Origin: Trueperaceae bacterium
GTDB taxonomy: Bacteria > Deinococcota > Deinococci > Deinococcales > Trueperaceae
Length of the DNA stretch: 64,000 nt
Reading direction: 5' to 3'
Assembly (NCBI GenBank): GCA_965213925.1
Contig: OZ243927.1
Span: 3,360,001 to 3,424,000, forward strand
The position numbers and the translations under genes were made by a program. Shown here in pieces: positions 18,286-29,300 of the stretch (the first letter of the stretch is position 1; each line of letters opens with the position of its first letter). The notes below the pieces were generated by a model. It was not told the origin of the DNA and made no database searches. It saw nothing but the letters and a program-made list of their open reading frames with translations.

Positions 18286-20012
18286 GGCTCTTCCAACGAG
18301 TGCGTGGTTAGAAAGGGCTTGTTCTCAGCGCTTAGAACGCTCAGCCTAGAGCATGAACTGTTTTGGGTTATTTCCAGGTTGTGAAGTCGGTAGAGTCGAA
18401 CATTCAGAAACGGGGCTGACGCTTTTCCTTCACGCGCGCAAGCGAAGCTCATATTGCCCGAGCTGTGCCCTAGGTTCGAAGCGAGTCCACAGTTACCACA
18501 CGCGCTCCATCAGGGACACGGCGCTCAGCGAAAGGGCTGTTCATCTGCGTTTCAGGGTACGCCGCTTCTACTGTCTAAACGTGGGCTGCCAGCGGCGCAC
18601 GTTTACAGAGAGGTTGAAGTTGTTTGCGCCTCACGCGAGGCGCACCTTTCGGCTCATCAACCTGCAAACTACGGTGGGGACGTTTCTCGGTGGTGAAGCT
18701 GGCTCGCGTCTGCTCGGGAGACTGCAGATGCCTCTATGCGGGGCTGCCTTGTTGCAGAGCATCCGCACACAAATGGCGGAGCATAACCCCACCCCGCGCG
18801 TCTTAGGCGTGGACGACTGGGCGATCAAAAAGGGGCGCAGCTACGGCACGGTCCTCGTCGATCTCGAGAAACACAAGGTCGTGGACTTGCTCTCTGAGTG
18901 CAGCGCGGCGGCGCTCGAGCTATGGCTTAGGAATAGCCCAGGCGTTGAAATCATTGTGCGGGACAGGTCTTATGATTACATGATGGGAGCTAATGCAGGT
19001 GCACCAGAGGCAACTCAGGTTGCCGATCGCTGGCACCTGCTCCATAACCTTCAGGAGATGCTCGAGCGGTGGCTTGCCACCGTGTACGCAATCTTGCGGC
19101 ACCTACCGGTTGCGCCCGAACTTCAGCCTGAGGTCGAAACGCTCATGTCGCGGCGACACCGCACCTCTAGACCGACTCGGGCAGCCAAAGAAGCAGGTGA
19201 GGTTAACCGTGCTAAACGTTTAGCGCGCTTCAACAAGGTGAAAACGCTCTATACATCAGGAATGTCGCTGCTAACGATTAGTAAAAAGCTCGGAATGGAC
19301 CGGAAAACGGTGCGGGCTTACGCCTACGCCGAGAGCTTCCCTGAAAGAGCACCTTTCCCCTACGTCCCCAATGTGCTCACGCCTTACCTCGACTACTTGG
19401 AGAAACGCCACGCTGAGGGATGCGAGAACGCCTCACAGCTCTACAGGGAGATTTACGCCCAAGGCTACCGGAGCACGAAGTGGCATGTCCTATGGTGGAT
19501 GCAGCCGAGACGCCGTACCCCTTCGGAGCACACCCCCAATAAAAAGAGGAAACCTTCGGGCGACAAGCACACGAATAAACCCGTCGCCAAACTCGCGTTG
19601 CCTTCAGCGCCGCAACTTTCATGGCTGATGGTGCGCGATGGGGATACACTTAAAGATGAGGAAGCGCTCGTCCTCAAGCACCTCTCACAGCACCAAGCGT
19701 TCCTCTTCATGCGTGAGCACGCCAAAGCGTTTCAGAAGATGATCTGCCAGCGTGAGGCAGATGAATTCGATGCCTGGCTGGAGACTTCCCTTAGAAGTGG
19801 CGTTCTGCAGCTAAAGACGTTCGCCGAGGGACTCAAACGCGACTACGCTGAGGTAAGAGCCGCCCTAGAACTGCCCTGGAGTAATGGACAGACGGAAGGT
19901 CAGGTCAACAAGCTCAAATTGATTAAGCGGCAGATGTATGGGCGGGCGAACTTCGATCTACTACGCCAGAGGGTGCTACTCGCTGCCTGACCACGCACTC
20001 GTTGGAAGAGCC
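18286..20012 (+). mobile_element. ISL3-family insertion sequence (1727 bp), no target duplication
   Basis: Perfect 23-bp IRs GGCTCTTCCAACGAGTGCGTGGT (18286-18308) and its complement (19990-20012); flanks GGTCTAAC and CTTACCAA differ. Confidence 0.92.
18353..19990 (+). CDS. ISL3 transposase
   Basis: Zn finger CPSC...RFYC..C, GVDDWA, YGTVLVDL, QVADRWHL, SNGQTEGQVNKLKLIKRQMYGR. Confidence 0.95.
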   Translation: MNCFGLFPGCEVGRVEHSETGLTLFLHARKRSSYCPSCALGSKRVHSYHTRSIRDTALSERAVHLRFRVRRFYCLNVGCQRRTFTERLKLFAPHARRTFRLINLQTTVGTFLGGEAGSRLLGRLQMPLCGAALLQSIRTQMAEHNPTPRVLGVDDWAIKKGRSYGTVLVDLEKHKVVDLLSECSAAALELWLRNSPGVEIIVRDRSYDYMMGANAGAPEATQVADRWHLLHNLQEMLERWLATVYAILRHLPVAPELQPEVETLMSRRHRTSRPTRAAKEAGEVNRAKRLARFNKVKTLYTSGMSLLTISKKLGMDRKTVRAYAYAESFPERAPFPYVPNVLTPYLDYLEKRHAEGCENASQLYREIYAQGYRSTKWHVLWWMQPRRRTPSEHTPNKKRKPSGDKHTNKPVAKLALPSAPQLSWLMVRDGDTLKDEEALVLKHLSQHQAFLFMREHAKAFQKMICQREADEFDAWLETSLRSGVLQLKTFAEGLKRDYAEVRAALELPWSNGQTEGQVNKLKLIKRQMYGRANFDLLRQRVLLAA

Positions 20013-20134
20013 CTTACCAACTCCAGGGTCACCTGTGTCAAAAGGCGCAAGTGAGTACTTCACGTTGAGGCGCACCAAGCTCGCGCCCTCACCCACCCTC
20101 TATAATCGCCTTCTCATAACGAGAGGAGAACCTT

Positions 20135-21010
20135 ATGCGCAAGTTGGTCTTCACCCTGTGCCTGTTCGCTCTACTGAGCCTGTCTACTGCTCTAGCGAGC
20201 ACCCTCGTGTCGGTGCAGTTTGAGTCTGAGGTGCTGGGGCGCGACTGGAACTACACGGTCTACCTGCCGTCAGGCTACGACTATTCAGGACTCAGCTACC
20301 CCGTCGTCTATCTCCTGCACGGCAACGGCGGCGACGAGAACAGTTGGGCTACCCAAGGCAACGTCCAGGAGGTCGCCGACACACTGGTCAGCGAGGAGCG
20401 TATCCCGCCCGTCATTATCGTGATGCCCGAAGCGAATACGACCTGGTACGTAGACCGCAAAGAGAACATGGAGAGCGCGGTCATCGAAGAACTTATCCCC
20501 GAAATCGAGAACCAGTTCCGAACCATACCGACCCGAGAAGGGCGCGTCATCGCTGGGCTTTCGATGGGCGGTTACGGGGCACTGCGCTTTGCGCTGCTCT
20601 ACCCTGAGATGTTCGCAGCGGCGGGACTCCTCAGTCCTGCTATCTATGTCCCCGAACCCCCCGAAGACTCCTCAGCGCGTCGTGTCGGCGTCTTCGGTGC
20701 AGATGAGTATGACCCCGAGGTGTGGATAGAACTCAACTACCCTAACTACTTGGGCGCTTTCTTAGCCCAAAACCTCGACGTGCCCATGTACATCAACTCG
20801 GGTGACGACGACGAGTTCTTTATCGAGCGGCACGCCACTGAGCTTTACAACCTTCTCCGTAAAGCGGGCGAGCCCGCCGAGCTGCGCATTGTGGACGGGG
20901 CGCACGAGTGGCCGGTGTGGGCAGGGACAATTGGGGAGGCGCTCGAGTACACCTTAGCTAATGTGAGCCGTCCGAGGCTGGAGTTGGAAGCGGCGACGGG
21001 TAGGAATTAG
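20135..21010 (+). CDS. Secreted esterase (alpha/beta hydrolase, CE1/Fes-like)
   Basis: Signal peptide; YPVVYLLHG, GLSMGG nucleophile elbow, GAHEW. Confidence 0.85.
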   Translation: MRKLVFTLCLFALLSLSTALASTLVSVQFESEVLGRDWNYTVYLPSGYDYSGLSYPVVYLLHGNGGDENSWATQGNVQEVADTLVSEERIPPVIIVMPEANTTWYVDRKENMESAVIEELIPEIENQFRTIPTREGRVIAGLSMGGYGALRFALLYPEMFAAAGLLSPAIYVPEPPEDSSARRVGVFGADEYDPEVWIELNYPNYLGAFLAQNLDVPMYINSGDDDEFFIERHATELYNLLRKAGEPAELRIVDGAHEWPVWAGTIGEALEYTLANVSRPRLELEAATGRN

Positions 21011-21087
21011 TACCGCCAGCCTTTCAGCACTGCTACACAACTCTATCCACACTCCAAGTCACGCTCTTCAAGCCGAAAGGGGTAAAT

Positions 21088-21852
21088 ATGGCACTACTCG
21101 AGAACAAAGTCGCACTCATCACCGGAGCCGCCAGCGGCATCGGGCGCGAGATCGCGCTTCTCTACGCCGAGCACGGCGCACACATCGTCGTCGCCGACCT
21201 TCAGGCGAAACCGCGCCAGGACGCGGAGCCGACCCACGAACTCTGCGAGCAGAAGGGCGTTCAAGCCCGCTACGTCGAGTGTGACGTGACCAAGCGCGAG
21301 AACCTCGAGAACGCAGTCGGCGCAGCCGAGGAGCTGGGCGGCGTGGACATCATGGTGAACAACGCAGGCATCTTCCGGCAGCACAACTTTTTGGAGGCGA
21401 GCGAAGACGACTTCGAGCAGATGATGGCGATCAACGTCAAGGGTGTGTACTTCGGCGCTCAGGCGGCGGCGAAGCGCATGGCGGGGAAGGGAGAGGGCGT
21501 GATTATCAACCTCTCGAGCGTTGCCGGACTCCAAGGCACGGGCGGCTTTACGACCTACTGCGCCTCAAAGGGGGCGGTGCGGCTCTTCACCTACGCTTTG
21601 GCGCAGGAACTTGGGCCGCAAGGGATTCGCGTCATCGCCTTGCATCCGGGTCTTATCGCTACCGACATGACCACTGAGGACGTGCCGATTATCGGCACGG
21701 ATGCGGGTGAGGGCTACTTAGCGCAGATTCCTATGAACCGCTGGGGTCAGCCCGAGGACGTGGCGAAGACGGCGCTCTACGCGGCGAGCGACCTAGCGGC
21801 GTACGTCACGGGCGCGTCGCTACTGATTGACGGGGGGATGTTGCGAGTCTAA
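21088..21852 (+). CDS. Short-chain dehydrogenase/reductase
   Basis: TGAASGIG, NNAG, YCASK. Confidence 0.9.
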   Translation: MALLENKVALITGAASGIGREIALLYAEHGAHIVVADLQAKPRQDAEPTHELCEQKGVQARYVECDVTKRENLENAVGAAEELGGVDIMVNNAGIFRQHNFLEASEDDFEQMMAINVKGVYFGAQAAAKRMAGKGEGVIINLSSVAGLQGTGGFTTYCASKGAVRLFTYALAQELGPQGIRVIALHPGLIATDMTTEDVPIIGTDAGEGYLAQIPMNRWGQPEDVAKTALYAASDLAAYVTGASLLIDGGMLRV

Positions 21853-22003
21853 GGCAGAAGGATACGACGCTGATGTGTTCATATTCAAAAATATTCTCAC
21901 CACTTTCGAAAGCCAAAACGTTTGCTTAACCCTGGCACGAGCAAACGACAACTCAACTTTAATTGATGCGTAGATTTCATCTATTTAATCTGGGAGGTTA
22001 CCG

Positions 22004-23302
22004 ATGATGCTTTCCTGTTGGCTTCACCTGCTCGTTCAAAAGGACTCGTGTACATATGTGCGCGCTGTTGCCCGAGTCACAGCGCTCTTACTGATACTCA
22101 CCTTAGGCATCGCTACGCCGAGCGCCCACGCGCAAGACGACCCCTCCATTTGGCTCTACACCTGGACTGCCAGCCCCATGTCCCCTCCGCAAGGCTTAGC
22201 CGTCCCACCGGGGCTTTACAACGAGACGGTGCGCCAGAAGGTCTTCCTGAGCGAGGGTGGCGAGCGCCTCAGGGTTGAACTCTCCAACGAGTTCGGCGCG
22301 GTGCCGGTAACGGTTACAACGGCGAGTGTCGCGGTCGCTGCGGAGGACGCCTCGTTCCAGCCTGGTACCTACCGCCCCCTGACCTTCAGCGGCGACAGGT
22401 CCGTAACACTCATACCGGGGACGCCGATGCTGAGTGACCCGGTGAACCTCACCGCTCAACCGCTCTCCGAACTCGCCATCAGCCTCTACTTCGAGGACTT
22501 CACCGAGATCGCTACGGTGCACGAGCTGGGCGTGGCGACCGCTTACATCTCAGCCGATGGCAACTTCACGGACGACACCGAGCTGCCGGTGCGCCAGACG
22601 ACGACCGCCCGCCTCTTCATCACGGGCGTCGTCGTGGAAGCTGCCGAGGACGCCCGCACCATCGTCGCGTTCGGTGACTCCATCACGGACGGCTACAACT
22701 CCACCGTGGACGCCAACCGCCGCTGGCCCAACGTCCTCGCGCGTCGTCTCGCTGACGCGCCTGGCTTCGAAAACGTCTCCGTGGTCAACGGGGGTATCAG
22801 CGGTAACCGTGTGCTGCGCAACGGCGCGGGCATGAGCGCGCTCGCCCGCTTCGAGCGCGACGTCTTGAGCCTGCCCAACGTCTCGCACGTGGTGATCTTG
22901 GAGGGCATCAACGACATCGGCTGGCCCGACACCTTCCTGACGGGCGACGAGTCCCCCACGCCCGAGCAGCTCATCGGCGGATATCAGCAGCTCATCGACC
23001 GTGCTCACTTGCACGGCATCACGGTGGTCGGCGCGACGCTGACGCCCTTTGAGGACACCTTCGAAGGCGAACCGCTCGCTGACTACTACACGCCGAGCAA
23101 GGAGACCACGAGGCTGCGGGTCAACGAGTGGATTCGCAATTCGGGTGCGTTCGACGCGGTTATCGACTTCGACGCGGTGCTGCGTGACCCCGAGAACCCG
23201 TCGCGCCTCAGAGCCGAGTACGACAGCGGCGACCATCTGCATCCGAACGACGCGGGGTATGAAGCGATGGCGGAGGCGGTGGACTTGGAGGTGTTGAGGT
23301 AG
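22004..23302 (+). CDS. Secreted SGNH/GDSL hydrolase
   Basis: FGDSITDG, GISGN, EGINDI and DHLHP; GGGAGG RBS. Confidence 0.88.
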   Translation: MMLSCWLHLLVQKDSCTYVRAVARVTALLLILTLGIATPSAHAQDDPSIWLYTWTASPMSPPQGLAVPPGLYNETVRQKVFLSEGGERLRVELSNEFGAVPVTVTTASVAVAAEDASFQPGTYRPLTFSGDRSVTLIPGTPMLSDPVNLTAQPLSELAISLYFEDFTEIATVHELGVATAYISADGNFTDDTELPVRQTTTARLFITGVVVEAAEDARTIVAFGDSITDGYNSTVDANRRWPNVLARRLADAPGFENVSVVNGGISGNRVLRNGAGMSALARFERDVLSLPNVSHVVILEGINDIGWPDTFLTGDESPTPEQLIGGYQQLIDRAHLHGITVVGATLTPFEDTFEGEPLADYYTPSKETTRLRVNEWIRNSGAFDAVIDFDAVLRDPENPSRLRAEYDSGDHLHPNDAGYEAMAEAVDLEVLR

Positions 23303-23343
23303 GTTGGTGGACCTGGTTTCAGACTTGAGCTATCAAGCAACTG

Positions 23344-24060
23344 TCAAGCCACTTGCCCTTCGGCATCGTCTTTACGAAGTAGCGGGTCGTTCGTCTCCCG
23401 CATCCAGCGCTCGAGTCGCTCCCAAAAGCCTCGAGCCGTCTCAGCCCGGCTCTCAGCGAGGTTGCTCTGCTCATAGGGGTCGGTCTCCAAATCGTAAAGC
23501 TCCTCGGCGGCGCTCGGCAAGTAAGGGCGCTCGCCGAGAAGCGCGTTCGCTGAAGGGCTCTGGGCAACATCATCGGGCAAGTAGACCTGCGGTTCTGCCT
23601 CAAAATGCTGAATATATTTCCAACGCTCAGTTCGGATGCCGCGCACCGGCGCGTAATGGTCGTGCCAGGTCATCTCGCACATAAATTGGTCGCGAACCTC
23701 TTGCGCCTCGCCCCGCAGCAGCGGCAGAAAGCTCCGCCCATCCAGCGTTGTGTCCTCGTTACCGCCAGCCACCTCGAGCAAGGTTGGTAGCAAATCGATG
23801 TTGCAAAGAAGGTCGGCGCAGCGTGAGGCGCGAAGCTCCTCCGCCCAGCGGATGACACAGGCTGTCTCTAAACCTGCCCTAGCGCGTCGTCGGCAGCGCG
23901 AATCATGCCGTTAAAGGCAGCGACGTCGCGCCGCACCTCCGGCGTATCTGGGAGGTAGAAGGGCACGGAAACTGCCTCGGGGTCCTCCGGGATGTACGCG
24001 CCTTCTGCGAGATCGAAGGGGCGGTGCGCCTCGAAGAAGCCGAGCGATACGAAAAACGGC
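23344..24060 (-). pseudogene. Sulfatase (N-sulfoglucosamine sulfohydrolase-like) remnant: no N-terminus, internal deletion
   Basis: The minus strand reads PFFVSLGFFEAHRPF...PFYLPDTPEVRRDVAAFNGMIRAADDALGQ. It then jumps to NIDLLPTLLE...LDGRSF...RGIRTERWKYI...EELYDLETDPYEQSNL. Confidence 0.75.
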
Positions 24061-25092
24061 GATGGTCGGGCTTAAACTTCCCTCTACGGCGCGGTACTTC
24101 TGACTCTCTAAAGAGGTGAGAAAGAGGGCTACATCAGCGGCGACCTCGACATTTTGACTGTACTTGGAGACCGCGAGCTGTGCGCCGCCTAGCGTCGCTG
24201 TAGGCTCGCCGCCCTCGGCACTGCCCGCAGGGAGCGGCGCGACCTCGAAGTTGCCCGCGATGGCGCTGTCCGCGGCGTTGCCTAAGCTGTACGCATAGGG
24301 CCAGTTGCGCATAAAGGCGGCGTTGCCCGCCTGGAAGAAGTTGCGGGCGTCCTCCTCAGCGAAGCCCGTGACGCCTGTGGGCGAAATTGCGCCGATCCAA
24401 CCTGCCACACGCTCGAGAATTTCGGCGGCGTCTGGGTTGTCGATGGTGATGACGCCGTCGGTACTGATGATGAGCCCGCCGCCATTAGAGTGTATCCACT
24501 CGAGCGCGTCACAGGTGAGCCCTTCGTAGGCGTTGCCCTGCCAAACGAAGCCCGCGAAGTCGGGGTTATCCTGCCGCTCGCCCTCTTGAATGGTACGCGC
24601 CATCGCCTCGAGTTCTTCCCACGTTTGGGGTGGACCGTCATAACCGTATTCCTCTAAGAGATCGGTGCGGTAGTAGAGCAGCCCTGCGCCGATCTGCAAA
24701 GGCATTGCGGTGAGTGCGCCGTCAACCAGGTTGTTTTCAATGAACGCCTCAAAGTGCTGGTCAATGACCTCATCTGCGCCGTAGGGGTTGAGGTCAACTA
24801 CGTGCGGCGCGAGGATGCCTGTTCAGATCACATCCGTCTGGACGATATCGACTTCATTCGACTGCGCTTCGAAGTACTGCAAGTACAAGGCGAGGCGGTC
24901 ATCGGCTTGGTCGGGGGTCTGTACCAGGTTGATCGTCACACCTGGATTCTCCTCCATGTAACGTTCAGCCAGCGTCTGTGTGATCTCGAACTCTTCGCCG
25001 ACGGTGACGATGGCAACCGTGATGGTGGCGTCGTCTTGCGCCCAGGTAGCGCTCACGAATAGAAAAAGAACGAGAAGGATAAAGCGGACCAT
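24061..25092 (-). pseudogene. Sugar ABC substrate-binding protein (trehalose/maltose-like) with a nonsense codon and 3' truncation
   Basis: ORFs 24823-25092 and 23911-24705 are one frame (DVI*TGILAPH). Motifs LLYYRTDLL, YEGLTCDALEW and FMRNWPY. It ends abruptly at the sulfatase junction. Confidence 0.8.
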
Positions 25093-26454
25093 AGTGACCT
25101 CTTTTCAGTGCTCTGAGTTGTGTGTTCGGGTCTAGCATAGCCTGAATAGGGGTGCATACGCCACGTTCACCCTCGACGCTCAGCAATTCCAAATAAGGAA
25201 TAGCAAGGGAAAAGATGCAAGACTGTAGCTATACAGGGAAAGCTCAGCTTAACTTCGATAGTTGAATATTTAGCCAGCGTTTTTGATGCTCAGCAAGATA
25301 ACAGAAGAACAGCGCGCTGCAAGTATGAGATAAGCGACGCAGGTTTAGCAGCGTTCTCGGTTTTTTTCACGTAGAGCGCCTCATTTTTAGAGTATCAACG
25401 TGATTTGCAGCGGCGTAAAGGAAAAAGCAACGTAAGTAGCGTGTTCGGGTTGGCGGAAATACCGACAGACCCGCATATCAGGAACTTGCTTGATGGTGTC
25501 AACGCGGACGACTTAGCGGTGGTGTACAGACATCTTGTACAGGCTTTGGCTCAGATGAAGGTGTTAGAGCCGTTCCGGGTTGGACGTTACTACCTGCTAG
25601 CGATGGATGGCACGCACTACTTTTCGTCGGAGAAGATTCATTGCCAAAGTTGCACAAGGCGTGTCTCTAAAGGCAAAACTCGCCATAGCCATAGTGTCAT
25701 ACCCCCTGTGCTCGTCGCGCCTGGGCAGCGTGAGGTCATCAGCTTAGAGCCTGAGTTTATCTTGCCTCAAGATGGCGACGAAGAGCAGGACTGTGAACGC
25801 AAAGCTGCTAAACGCTGGCTCATGAGCAAAGCGCAGCACTATCCTTTAGAACACGTCGTGGTGCTAGGCGATGACCTGTACTGCTGTCAATCTCACTGCG
25901 AAGCGGTTCTAGCTAGAAACTGGCACTTTCTCTTTGTGTGCAAGCCTGAGTCGCATCAGACCCTCTATGAATATCTAGCGCTACAGCCCCTGCGCAGTTT
26001 CACGCGACGTCGTTGGAATGGTCGATTCACCGAAATCCATCATTACCGTTTCGCGACGGAGCTACCCTTGAGAGATAGTGATAGTCCCGATGCGCTTAGC
26101 GTCAACTGGTGTGAGCTGAGCATCCGTAGAGAAGAGGATCAGGGGTTGCTCTACCGCAACAGCTTTGCAACTAGTCTGCCCCTACATGAGTACAACCTAG
26201 CTAAGGTGATCTCGTGGGGGCGCTCACGCTGGAAAACCGAAAACGAAAACAACAATGTTCTCAAAACTAAAGGCTACAACTTTGAGCATAACTACGGTCA
26301 CGGCAAAAAGCACTTGTCCACTGTTCTCCTCAGCTTGCTCCTACTTGCCTTTCTCACGCACACCATCTTCGCGCTGACCGACAGCCTGTACAACGCCCTT
26401 CGGCAAGAACTAGGCAGCCGCAAAACGGTCTTTAGTGACGTTCGTGCCCTCTTA

Positions 26455-27583
26455 TACCAACCTGAATAAACTGTGACACAATAGCGAGATGCGACGGGAT
26501 TACGAGACACTAATCAAAGAGAGCGAAGCTGAGCTAAAGGCGCTGGAGGCGAAGCACCGCAACAGCGTGATTGGGACCCGCTTGAGACTGCTGCGCATCC
26601 TCAAAACAGAAGAAGTCACGAGCGTTGAGCGAGCGGCGCAGAAGGTCCACTACAGCCGCCGCCACTGCCAAAGGTGGCTGCGGCGCTACTACGACTCAGG
26701 GCTAGACGCACTGCTGGAGAAACCCGGTCAGTCAACAGGTGCGCCTGAACGGATGACGGCTAAGGCGTGGCAAGCGCTTGATGAAGCTTTGCGCCAAGGA
26801 GATATAGCGACCTATCCGCAAGCGCGTGAGCTAGTGGCTGAGCACGGTGTCGTGTACTGCGACGATAGCAGTCTGCTCAAACTCTTCAAGCGTCACCAGA
26901 TCAAAGCCAAAGTAGGCAGACCCCGCCACGAGAAGGCGGATACTTTAGTTCAAAACGAGTTCAAAAAAACTTCGCTGAGCGGCTAAACGCGCACCTTCCC
27001 AAGCATAAGGAGGCGTACGCCCACGTCAGGGTTTTTGCAATGGACGAGGCCCGCTTCGGATTGATCAACTGGCACAAACGTCGCTACTGTCCTCGTGGGG
27101 TGAGACCCCCTTGCACTGTGCAGCGCAAGTACGAATGGAGCTGGTTTTACACCGCTGTTGAGCCTATGACCGGCGAAAGTTGCAGTCTTTATCTCCCAAG
27201 ACTTGATGGCGACTGTTACGAAGTCTTCTTGGGCGAACTCAGCCAAACCTACCCCGATGACTTGATCCTCTTACTAAGGGACAACGCTCCTGCGCACATT
27301 AAACATGACCTCGATGTGCCTGACAACATCATCCCAGTAGCTCTACCTCCTTTTAGCCCCGAACTCAATCCCGTCGAGCGCTGGTTCTTAGAATTCCGCC
27401 GCCTACTCGCCAACCGATGTTTCGATACCATTGACACTTTGCACGAGGCACTGACGCAGGTGCTCATGCAATTCACTACTGACAAGGAACGTTTAGAACT
27501 CCTCACCAACTTCCCTTGGTGGCACTTCGGTATCTCGCAACTCGGTGAGCTATTGAATGTGACATGATTCTTTCAGGTTGGTA
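26455..27583 (+). mobile_element. IS630-family element nested in the transposase gene
   Basis: IRs TACCAACCTGAA / TTCAGGTTGGTA; (T)TA duplicated on both sides. Confidence 0.88.
26489..27567 (+). CDS. IS630 transposase encoded by two ORFs joined by a probable -1 programmed frameshift
   Basis: HTH ORF 26489-26986; A7 run at 26963-69; the -1 frame is open into MDEARFG...DNAPAH...SPELNPVE. Confidence 0.85.
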
Positions 27584-28304
27584 TTACGTTAACAGCTTTT
27601 TCCTTCTTGGAATCATCTGCTCCTCTTTATGGCTCACTCGCTCGAACGCGACTTCGACTCTAGCTAAGGTTCATTTGGAATTGCTGCTCGACGCTACTCC
27701 CTTTGCTCTAAGGAACCGTGCATCCTTGACCTCTATAGCAAGTATCATTTGGTTTGAGCCAATCCGAGAAGAGGGAACGCAGTCTAGCGCGCACGTTTGG
27801 AAATGATACTTGCGTGATTCAAGCTCAGTGCTTATGTGAACTGCTATAGCAGCTCGAGCCCGCCTAGCAGTGCCCAGCCGCTGGCGCTCCACTAGGGGAA
27901 CGGCGCTCAGGTCATGACATAAGTGACCTCGGCAAGGTTGCAGCCAGAGACCATATCAGTGTACGAACTTGGTCTCCGTCCATTGCAGGATGGTCGCACG
28001 GGGGCGGCGAGGCGCTGCTGGGTTGAGCTAAACCTTACGCCCTAGAGCGCTCAGCTATCATTTTGCCTCCAGCGTTGTGGCGGCTCGGGTCGCGGGCACA
28101 CCGTTTATGCGGGCGATAAAAGGTCGCGGGTCGAATGTCCGCACCTTCCTGTAGATGGGGTTTGGTATGACTGACGCACCTCTACAAGGAAGCTTCCATG
28201 GGAGTCGCTCGCGTTCCTTATGCAGCGAACGGCCCGTAAAGTTACTCAACTCGCTTGTCTAAAGCCAAACTATGAAGATTATGGTCAGAGCAAGCAACAA
28301 ACTA

Positions 28305-29285
28305 CTATCCCGTTGCAAAAAACGTTAGGGGCGGTGCCGTTTTACGAAGATTCTGCGCCACCTCTAGCGCGACGGTAGGACGAGTCTCCTCGAGCGCGAG
28401 CAGGGTCGCACCGACGACAGGCTCTACGGAAGCGCGAACCACTTCGGCTTCAGGCAATTCGCTACGCACCTGCGCGACTAAGGCGTCTTGCAGCAGACTC
28501 GAGGCGTGGCGGAAGACGCCGCCCGTAAGAACGAGCGGAAAGGCGTCGGCGGCTCCCAAGCCGACCTTACGCGCCGCGACGAGGGCGTAGCCGCCGAGCG
28601 CCGCGCCCTGCTGCGTCACAATTCCTTCAGCGACGGCGTCACGCGCCGCCTCGTCCAAAAGTAGCGGGGCCAACTCGCTTGAGCGTCCCAGTAGTGTTCG
28701 GCTCCTAGCGGTAAAGGCGTGCAGTAGGGCTTCGGTGTTCTCTAGGCCGAAATGTGAGAGCACCCTCTCCGTCAGGCGCGTCGGGGGCACGAGACCGAGG
28801 TGCGACAGGTAGATAGCCCGGAGCGCACGCTCGCCCAGCTCAAAGCCTCCGCCCGTGAGTTGCCAGAATGACGAGTGCCATGCCCCCCTCATCCCCCGCG
28901 CCCCCACCGCCGCGCCCGTACCGCAGGCTACCGCGACGCCGAAGTGAGGCGAGCCGCTCCGGAGCGCCCCGAGCGCGTCGTTGACGACCACAGGCGGGTA
29001 CTCAAAGTCCCAGGTGCCGAGTTCGCGCCGCCAAAAGGCGAAGTCTTCAGGCCAGTCCGCACCGACCAAGCTGAAGCAGCTCGCGCTGACATTCCGGACG
29101 CCCACCTCCGCCCTCGCCAGAGCCGCGTCCACCGCGCGGCGCACCTCCTGGACCGCGCGTGTCTCCGAGCCGTAGATGTCGCCCGCGCCGCCGCGCCCCC
29201 AGCCGAGGACTTCGCCGTCTTCTGAAGCAACTAACGCGACGGTTTTCGTGTTTCCCGCGTCCACGCCTAAAACGGTGGTGCTCAT
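28305..29285 (-). CDS. BadF/BcrA-type N-acetylglucosamine kinase-like sugar kinase
   Basis: GVDAGNTKT, VVNDA, ACGTG and LTGGVF. Confidence 0.85.
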   Translation of the reverse strand: MSTTVLGVDAGNTKTVALVASEDGEVLGWGRGGAGDIYGSETRAVQEVRRAVDAALARAEVGVRNVSASCFSLVGADWPEDFAFWRRELGTWDFEYPPVVVNDALGALRSGSPHFGVAVACGTGAAVGARGMRGAWHSSFWQLTGGGFELGERALRAIYLSHLGLVPPTRLTERVLSHFGLENTEALLHAFTARSRTLLGRSSELAPLLLDEAARDAVAEGIVTQQGAALGGYALVAARKVGLGAADAFPLVLTGGVFRHASSLLQDALVAQVRSELPEAEVVRASVEPVVGATLLALEETRPTVALEVAQNLRKTAPPLTFFATG

Positions 29286-29300
29286 AGGACCATGTCCGCG

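Larger units (their letters stand above)
25215..27667 (+). pseudogene. Inactivated DDE transposase
   Basis: AMDGT, LGDDLY and RWKTEN motifs. Early frameshift, TAG at 25372 and IS630 insertion; the C-terminus resumes after 27586 (QLFPSWNHLLLFM...). Confidence 0.8.
25181..27686 (+). mobile_element. Degenerate IS (ISNCY/IS4-like DDE) with 9-bp target duplication, interrupted by IS630
   Basis: 14-bp IRs CAGCAATTCCAAAT (25181) and ATTTGGAATTGCTG (27673); direct repeat CTCGACGCT at 25172-80 and 27687-95. Confidence 0.88.

Noticed and set aside
27696..28300. Short ORFs between the nested IS and the kinase
   Set aside because: Probably decayed coding sequence, but I could not assign any family.
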